Part shown: one piece after another, positions 16,895-25,664 of the stretch
How positions within the stretch are numbered: position 1 is the first letter of the stretch
Layout of the letters: every line of letters starts with the position of its first letter
From: Candidatus Krumholzibacteriia bacterium
Lineage (GTDB): Bacteria > Krumholzibacteriota > Krumholzibacteriia > LZORAL124-64-63
Assembly: GCA_016744275.1 (NCBI GenBank)
Contig: JADGEP010000001.1
Location: forward strand, 1 to 50,111
Direction: 5' to 3'
DNA: 50,111 bases
Translations under genes and position numbers: made by a program
The notes under the pieces: generated by a model
Databases searched by the model: none
Told to the model about the DNA's origin: nothing
The model's input: only the letters and a program-made list of their open reading frames with translations

Positions 16895-18187
16895 ATGCAG
16901 ATCTCAGGCCTCAGGTACGGAGCCCAATTGTTGGGCTTGGTGGATTTTCCCCATCCCGAGTACCTCACCGGCGGCGCCGACAACGGCGCAATCCAGGATC
17001 TACTCGACAAATACGGCAAAATTGTCGTCAAACCGGTCTATTTTTCGGCTGTCGGCAAAAAGGGCAAAGCGGGCCTCGTGCGCGTGGTCGACAACCTGGT
17101 CGATGCCCTGACCGCCAAGCGCGAACTCTACTTCGCCAACCACCAGATGGGCGGCCGCACCGTCACCGCCAACGGCGTCACTTTTGAAGCGTTCATTCCC
17201 TCGGAAATCGAAGTTTATTTTTCGATCACCGAATCGACCCAAAGCCGGATGCCGATCTTCAGCATCTCGCCTTGGGGCGGCGTTGAAATTGAAAGCCTCG
17301 GCAGTGACAAATTGCACACCACCTGGATCGATCCGTTTATGGGCTTGAAGTCTTTCGACCTGACCAACGCTTTGCGCGACACCGGTTGCCCCGCTGAATT
17401 CATCAGCCCGCTGGTGCAGCAACTGCCCAAGTTGTGGCAGCTGTACAACAGCTACGGATTGTCGACCATTGAGATCAACCCGCTGCGCATCCAGCGCGTG
17501 GGGGGGCGCTACATACCCATGGCGTGCGACATCAAAGCCAGCTTCGACCAGGACAACCCCGCCTCCAAACGCGTGGGCCTGCCCGATACGATTTTCAAAT
17601 CCGACACCACCGCGTTTGAACAAGAGATCAACTTGCTGCGCACTTACCAAGGCCAAAGCGATGTGTTGGAAATGAATCCCGAGGGCACCATCCTGCCCTT
17701 CATGTTTGGCGGCGGCGCCAACTCGGCGGCCACTGAGACTCTGGGCAGCCGCGCCATCTTCGCCAGCGATTTTGGTGGCAACCCGCCCTACGAAAAGATG
17801 TACGAAATCGCGCGTATCAGTTTCCAACACCACCTCAAGGCGGCCAATGTCTTGCTGCTGATCGGCGGCAAGGCCAACAACACCGACATCTATGTCACCT
17901 TCCGTGGCGTGTTCGATGCCCTGCGCGATCACTTTGCCGAGTTTGGGCCGCACCCCATCTACGTGGTGGTCGGGCGTGGTGGTCCGAACCTGATTTCGGG
18001 CATGGTTTACGCCCGCGATATTCTCGATTCGCTGAATCTGCCCTACCGCTTCTTTGGCTACGACACTTCGATGATCATGACCCTGGAATACGCCTGCCGG
18101 GTTGATGACTGGTGGCAAAGTGATGGGCGCGACAAGTATCTCGCCGAAGGCTCGGCACCCAGCAACCAGGCGGAGGTCCAATCATGA
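16895..18187 (+). CDS. aclB: ATP-grasp subunit of an ATP-citrate lyase-like / citryl-CoA synthetase-like enzyme (AclB/SucC-type)
   Basis: IVVKPVYFSAVGKKGKAGLVRVV resembles the SucC/AclB ATP-grasp K-loop region. ISPWGGVEIE and TIEINPL also match. Its stop overlaps the start of the alpha-type subunit (ATGA). Confidence 0.65.
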   Translation: MQISGLRYGAQLLGLVDFPHPEYLTGGADNGAIQDLLDKYGKIVVKPVYFSAVGKKGKAGLVRVVDNLVDALTAKRELYFANHQMGGRTVTANGVTFEAFIPSEIEVYFSITESTQSRMPIFSISPWGGVEIESLGSDKLHTTWIDPFMGLKSFDLTNALRDTGCPAEFISPLVQQLPKLWQLYNSYGLSTIEINPLRIQRVGGRYIPMACDIKASFDQDNPASKRVGLPDTIFKSDTTAFEQEINLLRTYQGQSDVLEMNPEGTILPFMFGGGANSAATETLGSRAIFASDFGGNPPYEKMYEIARISFQHHLKAANVLLLIGGKANNTDIYVTFRGVFDALRDHFAEFGPHPIYVVVGRGGPNLISGMVYARDILDSLNLPYRFFGYDTSMIMTLEYACRVDDWWQSDGRDKYLAEGSAPSNQAEVQS

Positions 18188-20925
18188 AGCAGCTGAAATC
18201 CAAACCCTTCCCCTACTATGTGGGCCTGCACTCTCTCGAAGAACTCGTGACCCGCGATTCGCGTGTCTGCGTGATCAATATTCTCGGTGGCGAAAGCCGC
18301 ACCGTGACGCCGACTTCTCACGAATACTCCGACGGCAACGTCGTGGCTGGTGTGCAGTACGGGCGCTCGGGCAAACTCGAAACCGAGCGGGGCGACATTC
18401 CTGTGTACCCCAGCGTGCGCGACGCCATGAAGGCCGGGCACCAGTTTGACGTGGGTGTCATCTACCTGCCGCCTCTGGCTGTGGCCCAGGCCGTCAGCGA
18501 ATTGATCCACTGCAACGACGCCCTCAAACGCGTGATCATCGTCACCGAAAAAGTGCCGACTGCCGACTCGCGCAACATCCGGGTCTTGTGCCAGGAGCAC
18601 GGCGTGGATGTCGTGGGTTGCAACTGCCTCGGCGTGGCCAACGCCTGGGACAACGTGCGCATCGGTGGTGCTTTAGGCGGAGACGATCCGGCTCAGACCC
18701 TGAAAAAGGGCTCCGTGGCCATCCACAGCAACAGCGGCAACTTTACCACCACCATGGCCGAGTACCTGCTCACCGAAGGCTTTGGCCTGAGCACGGCCGT
18801 CAGTTCGGGCAAAGACGTGTACATCCACTTCGCGCTGCCTGAATTTTTGTACGCCGCCCAGAACGACCCGCGCACCAAAGCGGTGGCCCTGTATGTCGAG
18901 CCCGGCGGCTACTACGAAAAGATGGCCCTGGATATGATCCGCGAACGCAAGTTCGGCTTCAACAAACCCATCGTCGTGTGCGTGACTGGTCGCTGGAAAA
19001 AAGACATCGGACGCAGTTGTGGCCACGCCGGCGCCTTGGCCGGCAGCGGCGACGATGCCCTGAGCAAAGAAGCGTGGTTCGACGAATACTTCGGCATGCC
19101 CTGCTTCGATCCGGACAACCCGCAGGTTTCGCGCCGCGGCGTTCGGGTCGCTTCCATCCAGGCCATACCCGCAGCGATGAAAGCTGTTTTCGAAGCGGTG
19201 GGCGAAGAGTGTGACTTTGAACCGCGCGGGGACCTGAACCTGAAGCCTTGGCTGGGTGACAACTTCCTGGCCTTGCCTGCGGAACTGGACCTGCCTTTGG
19301 TCACGCCTTTGGCACCGCACGACGAGGCCCTGGGCAAGATCAACCGGCAAGTGGGGGCGCAGTTTCTGAAGCGCAATATGCGGAACATATCGGGCGCCTC
19401 GAAACTGGACCCGCTCACTTCGGTGACCAGCCTGCACGGCACCTCCATACTCGAACTCAGCGAGCGGTCCATCGAGCAGAACGTGTACTTCACCTTGGCC
19501 CGCATCGAGCCTCTGCCTGAAGACGTGAGCACGGTCAACCTGCTGCTGAATCTGTTTTTGAAGTTGGAAGAGGGCGAGATCGACGCTGTGCGCCGGGCCC
19601 GGGCCAATGGCGCCACGCCCAACGCGGTATTGGCCGCTGGGGTGTCGGTTGTGGGCAACAACGCGCTGCTGGAAGAATCCCGGCAGCAGGCGCGGCTGAT
19701 CATCGACCTAATCCGCAACCACGGCATCGACACCCAAACCACCGAATTCTCTGACGCCTTCAACGCCGACGCGGCCGAAAGCTGGTTTGTTGACCGCAAC
19801 GGAGACATGGACGAGGTGACGGCCTTCCTCTTGAAGGAAGTCCAGAACAGCACCAAGGATTGCACCGCGCTGATGGTTTGCCAGCACATCTTGAAGCAGG
19901 CTGCCGCCGCGGACAAACAGGTGCATCACCTGAAAGCGTTCCTGCTGGCGGCCACCGCCGTCTGCGCGCTGTGGCGTCCGATGTTGCGCAAGCGCATCTC
20001 CCGCCAAACGGTCGAAGATGCGGTGAGCTACTTCTACCTCATCGCCCGGCAATACGCCTACGGTGTGGTCGATCCGGATGGCAACAAGGCTTGGCAGAAG
20101 CTGACTGGTCCAGGACTGTCGGGCATGGGCGAGTCCTTCACCCAGAACGCCTTCCGCATCCTGTTCAGCCGCAAGGCCGGGCGCGAAGAGTTGATGGAGT
20201 TCCGCTACCTCATTGGCCTGACCTTGAGTAACGGCGCCGGTACGATCAGCGCCAAGGGCGCCAAGGAAAGCGTCAGCGCGCGCAACAACATCTCCATGGC
20301 CTACGTGGGTTATCTGGCCAATACAGGCCTGGCTCACGGTGGCAATGGCTTTGAGGCGGTGCAGTTCCTGATGCGGTATTTTGCCGACTCGGAACTGGCC
20401 GACCCCAACCTGGGGGTGGCCGAACAAAAGGCTGCCGGTCTGGACATCAGTGGCCTGGCCCGCCGCGCGGTGCGTGAATACGCCGAATACAAGGCCGAAG
20501 CCAAAAGCGGCGGCGCCATGCGGGTCAAACCCGTGCCCTGTGTGAATCATCCGGTGTTTAAAGGCAGCGCAGTGAACATCGACCCGCGCGAGCAGTACGT
20601 GCGCCAGCGGTTGGAAGAGGCGGGCGTGGGCAACACCTTCCTCGACTTCTACCACTTGCTGGTCGAAGGCATGTTCCGCGAAGGAGTGACCCGCAACGTG
20701 TTCTGCGTGAACATCGACGCGGTGCTGGCCTGCATGTCGCTCAAATTGGTGTGGAAGCCTTTGCGGGATGGCCGCATGACCGACACCCAGATTCAGGATC
20801 TGGTATTCACCTTGTTCCTGTACGGACGCACGGTGGGCGTGACGGCCGAGATCATTGATCACCGTGACCGGGGAACCGACCTGGATTGTCGCACGCCGCT
20901 TTCGGAATTGGGGTTTGTGCTGTAA
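18184..20925 (+). CDS. aclA: ATP-citrate lyase alpha-type subunit: SucD-like CoA-ligase domain with phosphohistidine loop, fused to a citrate-synthase-homology domain; unusually long (913 aa)
   Basis: SucD-like SNSGNFTT and the phosphohistidine loop SCGHAGALAG (His281). C-terminal matches to the ACLY citrate-synthase-homology domain: TGLAHGGNG, VNHPVFKGSAVNIDPR, VNIDAVLAC, LYGRTVGVTAEIIDH, and a terminal LGFVL (ACLY ends ISYVL). Confidence 0.65.
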   Translation: MKQLKSKPFPYYVGLHSLEELVTRDSRVCVINILGGESRTVTPTSHEYSDGNVVAGVQYGRSGKLETERGDIPVYPSVRDAMKAGHQFDVGVIYLPPLAVAQAVSELIHCNDALKRVIIVTEKVPTADSRNIRVLCQEHGVDVVGCNCLGVANAWDNVRIGGALGGDDPAQTLKKGSVAIHSNSGNFTTTMAEYLLTEGFGLSTAVSSGKDVYIHFALPEFLYAAQNDPRTKAVALYVEPGGYYEKMALDMIRERKFGFNKPIVVCVTGRWKKDIGRSCGHAGALAGSGDDALSKEAWFDEYFGMPCFDPDNPQVSRRGVRVASIQAIPAAMKAVFEAVGEECDFEPRGDLNLKPWLGDNFLALPAELDLPLVTPLAPHDEALGKINRQVGAQFLKRNMRNISGASKLDPLTSVTSLHGTSILELSERSIEQNVYFTLARIEPLPEDVSTVNLLLNLFLKLEEGEIDAVRRARANGATPNAVLAAGVSVVGNNALLEESRQQARLIIDLIRNHGIDTQTTEFSDAFNADAAESWFVDRNGDMDEVTAFLLKEVQNSTKDCTALMVCQHILKQAAAADKQVHHLKAFLLAATAVCALWRPMLRKRISRQTVEDAVSYFYLIARQYAYGVVDPDGNKAWQKLTGPGLSGMGESFTQNAFRILFSRKAGREELMEFRYLIGLTLSNGAGTISAKGAKESVSARNNISMAYVGYLANTGLAHGGNGFEAVQFLMRYFADSELADPNLGVAEQKAAGLDISGLARRAVREYAEYKAEAKSGGAMRVKPVPCVNHPVFKGSAVNIDPREQYVRQRLEEAGVGNTFLDFYHLLVEGMFREGVTRNVFCVNIDAVLACMSLKLVWKPLRDGRMTDTQIQDLVFTLFLYGRTVGVTAEIIDHRDRGTDLDCRTPLSELGFVL

Positions 20926-20944
20926 GTCATCACGTTTGACAAAT

Positions 20945-20978
20945 AAAAGGGCGCCCGGGTTGTCCCGGGCGCCCTTTT
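20945..20978. terminator. Bidirectional rho-independent terminator
   Basis: aaaagggcgcccggg-ttgt-cccgggcgccctttt: a GC-rich perfect stem flanked by an A-run and a T-run, between convergent genes. Confidence 0.85.
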
Positions 20979-20991
20979 TTCTGTCCAGATT

Positions 20992-21948
20992 CTACCGCGC
21001 TAGAAACTCCAGCACCGCGTCGTTCGTCTCGGTCGGTTTTTCGAACTGCACGAAATGGCCACACTCCGGCACCATCACCAGCTTGGCGTTGGGCATCAGC
21101 CCGGTACCCTGCTCGGCGATATTGACGGTGTGTCCGCCGTGCAGGTAGCGGTTCGGGATCAGGTTGTCGTTGGCCCCAAACAGAACCAGAGTCGGTTGGC
21201 TGATGTCTGCCAAACGGTCTAACACGGGGGCGTCCAACATCGCGCCCACATTTTCAGCCACGGCGTAGCAGTACTTTTTGAAGTCCTTGGCGCCGCGCAC
21301 CTGGATGCGGTCGGTGATCATGACGTCTGCTTCGGCCGGAGCGTCATGGAAGTTCGATTTCAGATTCACGGCGATGCCGCGGATGGTCGTATCCTGGACA
21401 AACTCCGGAGACACGGCTTTGCGCAACCAGTCGCCTTCGCCATCGGTGAAGGCCTCAAAGCCCGCCGGTGAAACGAGCACCAAGCGATCGACCCGATCAG
21501 GCTGTTCAAGGGCAGCCACCAGGGCGATTTGACCACCCATGGAGTGGCCCATCCAGATCGCTTTGTCGACTTCCAGCTTGGTCAACAGTTCGGACAGGAC
21601 CTGGGCGTAGAAGGGCAGGGAGTACTCGTAAAACCCCTTGTCCGACACGCCATATCCTGGCAAGTCAACAGCAATCACGCGATGGTTCCGTGCCAGCTCG
21701 TCGATGTTGCGCGACCAGCCTTTGGCGTTGGAGCCCAAACCGTGAATGAGCAGGATCGTTTCGTCACCACGGCCTTCGTCAAGGTAGCCGACGGTGATGT
21801 TCCGCACCTCGGTTTTATGCACCCGGTAACCGTATTCGATCTGGTCAAATTCGGCGGTCGGCAGGTGATACCAGGCTCGATTCGAAGAGCAGCCAGTCGT
21901 CGCCATGAGAACCACTCCCGCCAGCAAAATGAATTTTAAGTAACGCAT
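20992..21948 (-). CDS. Lipoprotein alpha/beta-fold hydrolase (esterase/lipase-type)
   Basis: Lipobox-like LLAGVVLMATTGC. HGLGSN oxyanion region. Nucleophile elbow GHSMGG. C-terminal PECGHFVQFEKP. Confidence 0.8.
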   Translation of the reverse strand: MRYLKFILLAGVVLMATTGCSSNRAWYHLPTAEFDQIEYGYRVHKTEVRNITVGYLDEGRGDETILLIHGLGSNAKGWSRNIDELARNHRVIAVDLPGYGVSDKGFYEYSLPFYAQVLSELLTKLEVDKAIWMGHSMGGQIALVAALEQPDRVDRLVLVSPAGFEAFTDGEGDWLRKAVSPEFVQDTTIRGIAVNLKSNFHDAPAEADVMITDRIQVRGAKDFKKYCYAVAENVGAMLDAPVLDRLADISQPTLVLFGANDNLIPNRYLHGGHTVNIAEQGTGLMPNAKLVMVPECGHFVQFEKPTETNDAVLEFLAR

Positions 21949-21960
21949 GATTCTCCTCCT

Positions 21961-23535
21961 TTAGAAGCTGATCCACTTGAAGGTGGCAAAGACGGTCCAG
22001 GGATTGTCCGGGCGTTCCAGCAGATTGCCGTTCACCTCGGGGCTGTCGTAAAAATCGCCCAACCACAGGTAGGCCGCGTGCAATTCCAGATCCATCAACA
22101 CGCGCATGGTCCAGCGCAGATTAAAATTCAGCTCGGTGCCGATTTGGCTGCCCATGCCGTCGATGGTCTTGCTGGCCTGGCCAATGCCGCCGCCCACCTT
22201 GACCTTCAGTTTGTGGGGGACCAGGTCCTTGTTCACTTGCAACGAGGCGGCCTGCATGCCGTAGCCAACGTTCTGGATATCGACCGTGGCGGCCACGAAG
22301 CGATTCACCACACTGCCGTGAGGCATCAACAGATACAGGCCATGACCGATGAAAACCGCGCCCGGCGAAGTCCAGTTGTTGCCCGTCAAGACGCCGTTGT
22401 ATTTGCCGTCGCTGATGTTGTTGTCGTCGCCAGTGGTGAAGATCGTATCGAGGATGATCTGATCGTTCATCTGCTGGCCATAGCGGTGGGCTACTCTGAA
22501 GTTGCCGGCAAAACCGCTGATGTCGATGCTACGGGTATTGGTTTTGACCTGGCCGAAGTTGTACACGGCAAATCCACCAAAGCCGGTGTTTCCCTGACGC
22601 AAAAGCGGATCCTTGTGGAACTGTGTTCCGGCCCAGAGCACGTCGGCGGTGTAGGGGTCGTTGCCCAGATCAAAATTGAACACGCCGTTGTAATTGCTCA
22701 GGTTCGAGTTGAGCCCCTGGCCCAGAATCGAAACGCCGCCTTCGCCGTTGGCGTGGTCCTGCACATAGCGTAGCGACAAGCCGATGGACGCATCAATGGC
22801 CACGTCCTTCTCGATTTCGAACGTGTACAATTTCACGTCATCGTCCTGCTCGGCCTGGTTTTCATACAGCTGGTAAAAACCCGCCTTCATCCGCTTGTCG
22901 GTATCGAACATCCAGTGGGTGGTGATGCCCGTGGCGTCAGATCCGAAAAAGGCCAACCGGTAACCGGTGGTCAACAGGTCGTCGGTGAAGGTGTACCAAG
23001 GCACGCGGATGTTGTCGAAAATGCGTTGCAAGCCCGCGTTGATGAACAGATTTTTCTGCGGGCGCAATTCCAGAAACAGGTTCTGGGTCTGCATGTTGAC
23101 CTGATCGGCACCAAAGGCTCCGCCGAAGTTGCCGCCGGCGCCGTAGTTGGCGTCGCCCCAGGTCCAGTCAAATTCAAAGCTGCCGCGAATTTTGGCCCAG
23201 CCGTCGAACAGGCGGGGCGAGTAGGTGAACAGCGGGATGAAGCGCTGCTCATTGAAGCTCGAGCGCTCGCCGCTGGTGAAGGTCGTATTGCCACCAAAGA
23301 GGCGACCGACAACCTGACCTTTGAGAAACTCGTTGGTCGGCGCGATGTTCGAATTTGTGCTCTTCAAAAAGTAGTACCCGATGAACTTCAGTTCGCTCGG
23401 GTCCCGGTCATTTTCCTGCTCCGCAAACGGCGCCGACGAATCGGCCAATCCGGCGGCACTTTCGGCGGCCCAAGCACCATCAACGGCGCCCAAACTGCAC
23501 AATACCGCCAGCACGCAGATCACGACATGTCTCAT
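21961..23535 (-). CDS. Outer-membrane beta-barrel (porin/channel-like) protein
   Basis: Signal peptide MRHVVICVLAVLCSLGAVDGAWA. Alternating amphipathic beta-strand pattern rich in G/Y/N/F. Terminal aromatic residue (...FKWISF). Confidence 0.65.
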   Translation of the reverse strand: MRHVVICVLAVLCSLGAVDGAWAAESAAGLADSSAPFAEQENDRDPSELKFIGYYFLKSTNSNIAPTNEFLKGQVVGRLFGGNTTFTSGERSSFNEQRFIPLFTYSPRLFDGWAKIRGSFEFDWTWGDANYGAGGNFGGAFGADQVNMQTQNLFLELRPQKNLFINAGLQRIFDNIRVPWYTFTDDLLTTGYRLAFFGSDATGITTHWMFDTDKRMKAGFYQLYENQAEQDDDVKLYTFEIEKDVAIDASIGLSLRYVQDHANGEGGVSILGQGLNSNLSNYNGVFNFDLGNDPYTADVLWAGTQFHKDPLLRQGNTGFGGFAVYNFGQVKTNTRSIDISGFAGNFRVAHRYGQQMNDQIILDTIFTTGDDNNISDGKYNGVLTGNNWTSPGAVFIGHGLYLLMPHGSVVNRFVAATVDIQNVGYGMQAASLQVNKDLVPHKLKVKVGGGIGQASKTIDGMGSQIGTELNFNLRWTMRVLMDLELHAAYLWLGDFYDSPEVNGNLLERPDNPWTVFATFKWISF

Positions 23536-23623
23536 GATTCACTCCTGTTGTCAGCCACCGGGCATTCGCCCAAGAATCAAGGGCCAGGAGCCGACCATGA
23601 AGGCCAGCCCCTGGACATCCGGA

Positions 23624-24133
23624 CTACTGCCGGTCGTACTTCTGGATATTGAGTGCACCGAGGCCAGCGTCCGAACCGAAGCCCGTAGCCGGAGTCCGGG
23701 GCACAGCGCCGATGTCGGGCACGGTCTGCACCGCTTCGAGCCACAGCTTATCCGGCGTGCCGCCGATGACCTGAATGATGCCTTCTTGCTCGAAAGCCGT
23801 GTAGTTGATGGCGATAGCATGCACGTCGCCACTGGCCGACTTCGTTGCGGTGTAGACACCGGACAGGGAGGTCCAGGCGCCGCCGGCCGGATGGGTGTCC
23901 AACTGCACGGTGTTGTTCTCGTTCAGGGTCACGCGCACGCTGTCGTAAGCGAAGAGGGTGACCAGGATCGGGGCAACATCAGCGCCGGTGCTCAACCACT
24001 CGCCAACCCAGGCATCAGGCGTGGGCGGAATGATGGTGCCGTCATTGTCGTCATCATCATCACTGCAGGCCACCAGGCCGAGCATGGCGATCAGCAGGGT
24101 CATCAACAGGGCATACTTCAGGGACATCTTCAT
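23624..24133 (-). CDS. Small lipoprotein, possibly lipocalin-like ligand binder
   Basis: ATG 24133 preceded by GAGGAAGG. MKMSLKYALLMTLLIAMLGLVAC lipobox followed by an SDDDDDND linker. A GEW motif and a beta-rich remainder. Confidence 0.55.
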   Translation of the reverse strand: MKMSLKYALLMTLLIAMLGLVACSDDDDDNDGTIIPPTPDAWVGEWLSTGADVAPILVTLFAYDSVRVTLNENNTVQLDTHPAGGAWTSLSGVYTATKSASGDVHAIAINYTAFEQEGIIQVIGGTPDKLWLEAVQTVPDIGAVPRTPATGFGSDAGLGALNIQKYDRQ

Positions 24134-24137
24134 GGGG

Positions 24138-25664
24138 TTAACCTTCCTCTGTACTGTTAGCGAGCTGACGCAAGACGGCGCGATCGATCTTGCCCGCATC
24201 GTTGCGCGGCAGCTCAGGGACATACGAGACATGCTTGGGAATCTTGAACTTCGCGAGACGGTCCCGGCAGTGTGTTTCCACACCGGCCTGGTCCAGGGAT
24301 TGGTCCTTCTGCAGAACCAGAAAGGCGTGCCCGGTCTCACCCCAGCGGGCGTGGGGCACACCAATAACAGCGGCTTCGCTAACGGCCTCATGGCTCACCA
24401 GCGCGGCCTCAACTTCGGCGGGATACACATTTTCCCCACCGGAGATGTACATGTTCTTTTTGCGGTCCATGACGAAGTAGTAGCCCTCGTCGTCCTGGCG
24501 CACCATGTCGCCGGTGTGGAACCAACCATCGGTGATGGCTGCGGCCGTGGCCGCTTCATTGTTCCAATATCCGGGCGTGACCACTTCCGAGCGCAGCCAC
24601 AACTCGCCCACTTCACCGTCCGCACACGCGGCACCATCTTGGTCCACGATCTGCGCTTCGATGTAAAAATTCGGCAGCCCGATGGAGCCGCACTTGGCCA
24701 CGGCCTGCTCCTGGGGCAGCGAAAAGCAATTAGGGCCCACTTCGGTCAGCCCATAACCCTGCCTGATGAAAACGCCGCGCTCGTGCCAACGGTTGATCAA
24801 AGGCACCGGCATCGGCGCCCCGCCCACAATGGCGTAGCGCATGCTCGAGAGATCACAGTTCGCGAAGGGCTCCGCATCAGCCAACATCTGCATCATCGTG
24901 GGCACGCCAAACAGCAGGCTCACCTTCTCTTTTTCGATCCGGTCCAGAATCAGTTCCGGCTCAAAACCCGTCAACAGAGTGTGACTGCCGCCCGTATGCA
25001 TGAACGGAGTCAGCAATACGTTCCAGCCGCCGGTGTGAAAGAAGGGAGCAAAAATCAGGCTGTGGTCTTCGCTGTTGAGGTCCAGCCGCAGTGAGGTGTT
25101 GATCGCGTTCCACATCAACATGCGGTGGTTGATCACCGCGCCCTTGGGCGTGCCGGTGGTGCCGGAGGTGTAGAGGATCATGGCCGCATCATCGAGTTGG
25201 CCAGGGCGGTCGAGAACAAATTCTGCGGCGGCCCCACTGCGATCAAAGGCCGCGGTCTTCAGCTCGATCATCGGTACCGACGGCACATCCAGGCCCAAGC
25301 TGCGCAGGGCGGTCAAAGACTCTTCAAATTCGGGGTCAAAAATCAGCAGGGACGGGTCCGAGTCGCGCAACATCACGGCCAGTTCGCTGGGCGTGAGACG
25401 GAAATTCAAGGGCACCAATACGGCGCCCAGTTTGACGCAGGCCAGGAAGAGGAAGACGTACTCGCTGCAGTTTTGCGCGTACACGGCCAAGCGCTGGCCA
25501 CGGGCTACGCCGTGTTCGGCGCGCAGTTTTTGCGCCAGCACACAGGCTCGTTGTTCGGCCTGCAGGTAGGTCCACTGCACATCCTGCTGATGGTCACGCA
25601 GGAACAATTTGTCGGGCCCATACCGCGCCCACTTGCTCACCCAGTCCACCTCAGGAAACCGCAT
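24138..25664 (-). CDS. AMP-dependent synthetase/ligase (acyl-CoA synthetase)
   Basis: Motifs ILYTSGTTGTPKGA, GYGLTE, and TGDMVRQDDEGYYFVMDRKKNMYISGGENVYP with the terminal K of the adenylation fold. Overlaps the upstream symporter gene by 14 nt. Confidence 0.9.
   Translation of the reverse strand: MRFPEVDWVSKWARYGPDKLFLRDHQQDVQWTYLQAEQRACVLAQKLRAEHGVARGQRLAVYAQNCSEYVFLFLACVKLGAVLVPLNFRLTPSELAVMLRDSDPSLLIFDPEFEESLTALRSLGLDVPSVPMIELKTAAFDRSGAAAEFVLDRPGQLDDAAMILYTSGTTGTPKGAVINHRMLMWNAINTSLRLDLNSEDHSLIFAPFFHTGGWNVLLTPFMHTGGSHTLLTGFEPELILDRIEKEKVSLLFGVPTMMQMLADAEPFANCDLSSMRYAIVGGAPMPVPLINRWHERGVFIRQGYGLTEVGPNCFSLPQEQAVAKCGSIGLPNFYIEAQIVDQDGAACADGEVGELWLRSEVVTPGYWNNEAATAAAITDGWFHTGDMVRQDDEGYYFVMDRKKNMYISGGENVYPAEVEAALVSHEAVSEAAVIGVPHARWGETGHAFLVLQKDQSLDQAGVETHCRDRLAKFKIPKHVSYVPELPRNDAGKIDRAVLRQLANSTEEG

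Noticed and set aside
17000-18181. Long antisense ORFs opposite real genes. Examples: 17000-18181(-), 19708-20862(-), 37378-38685(-), 42016-43170(-), 43511-44641(-), 31999-33267(+), 23958-25094(+), 4430-5401(-), 6116-6874(-), 15637-16545(-).
   Set aside because: Their translations are Arg/Gly/Ala/Pro/His-rich and low in complexity, with no motifs. They are typical stop-codon-poor shadow frames of GC-rich coding DNA. In every case the opposite strand carries clear family motifs.
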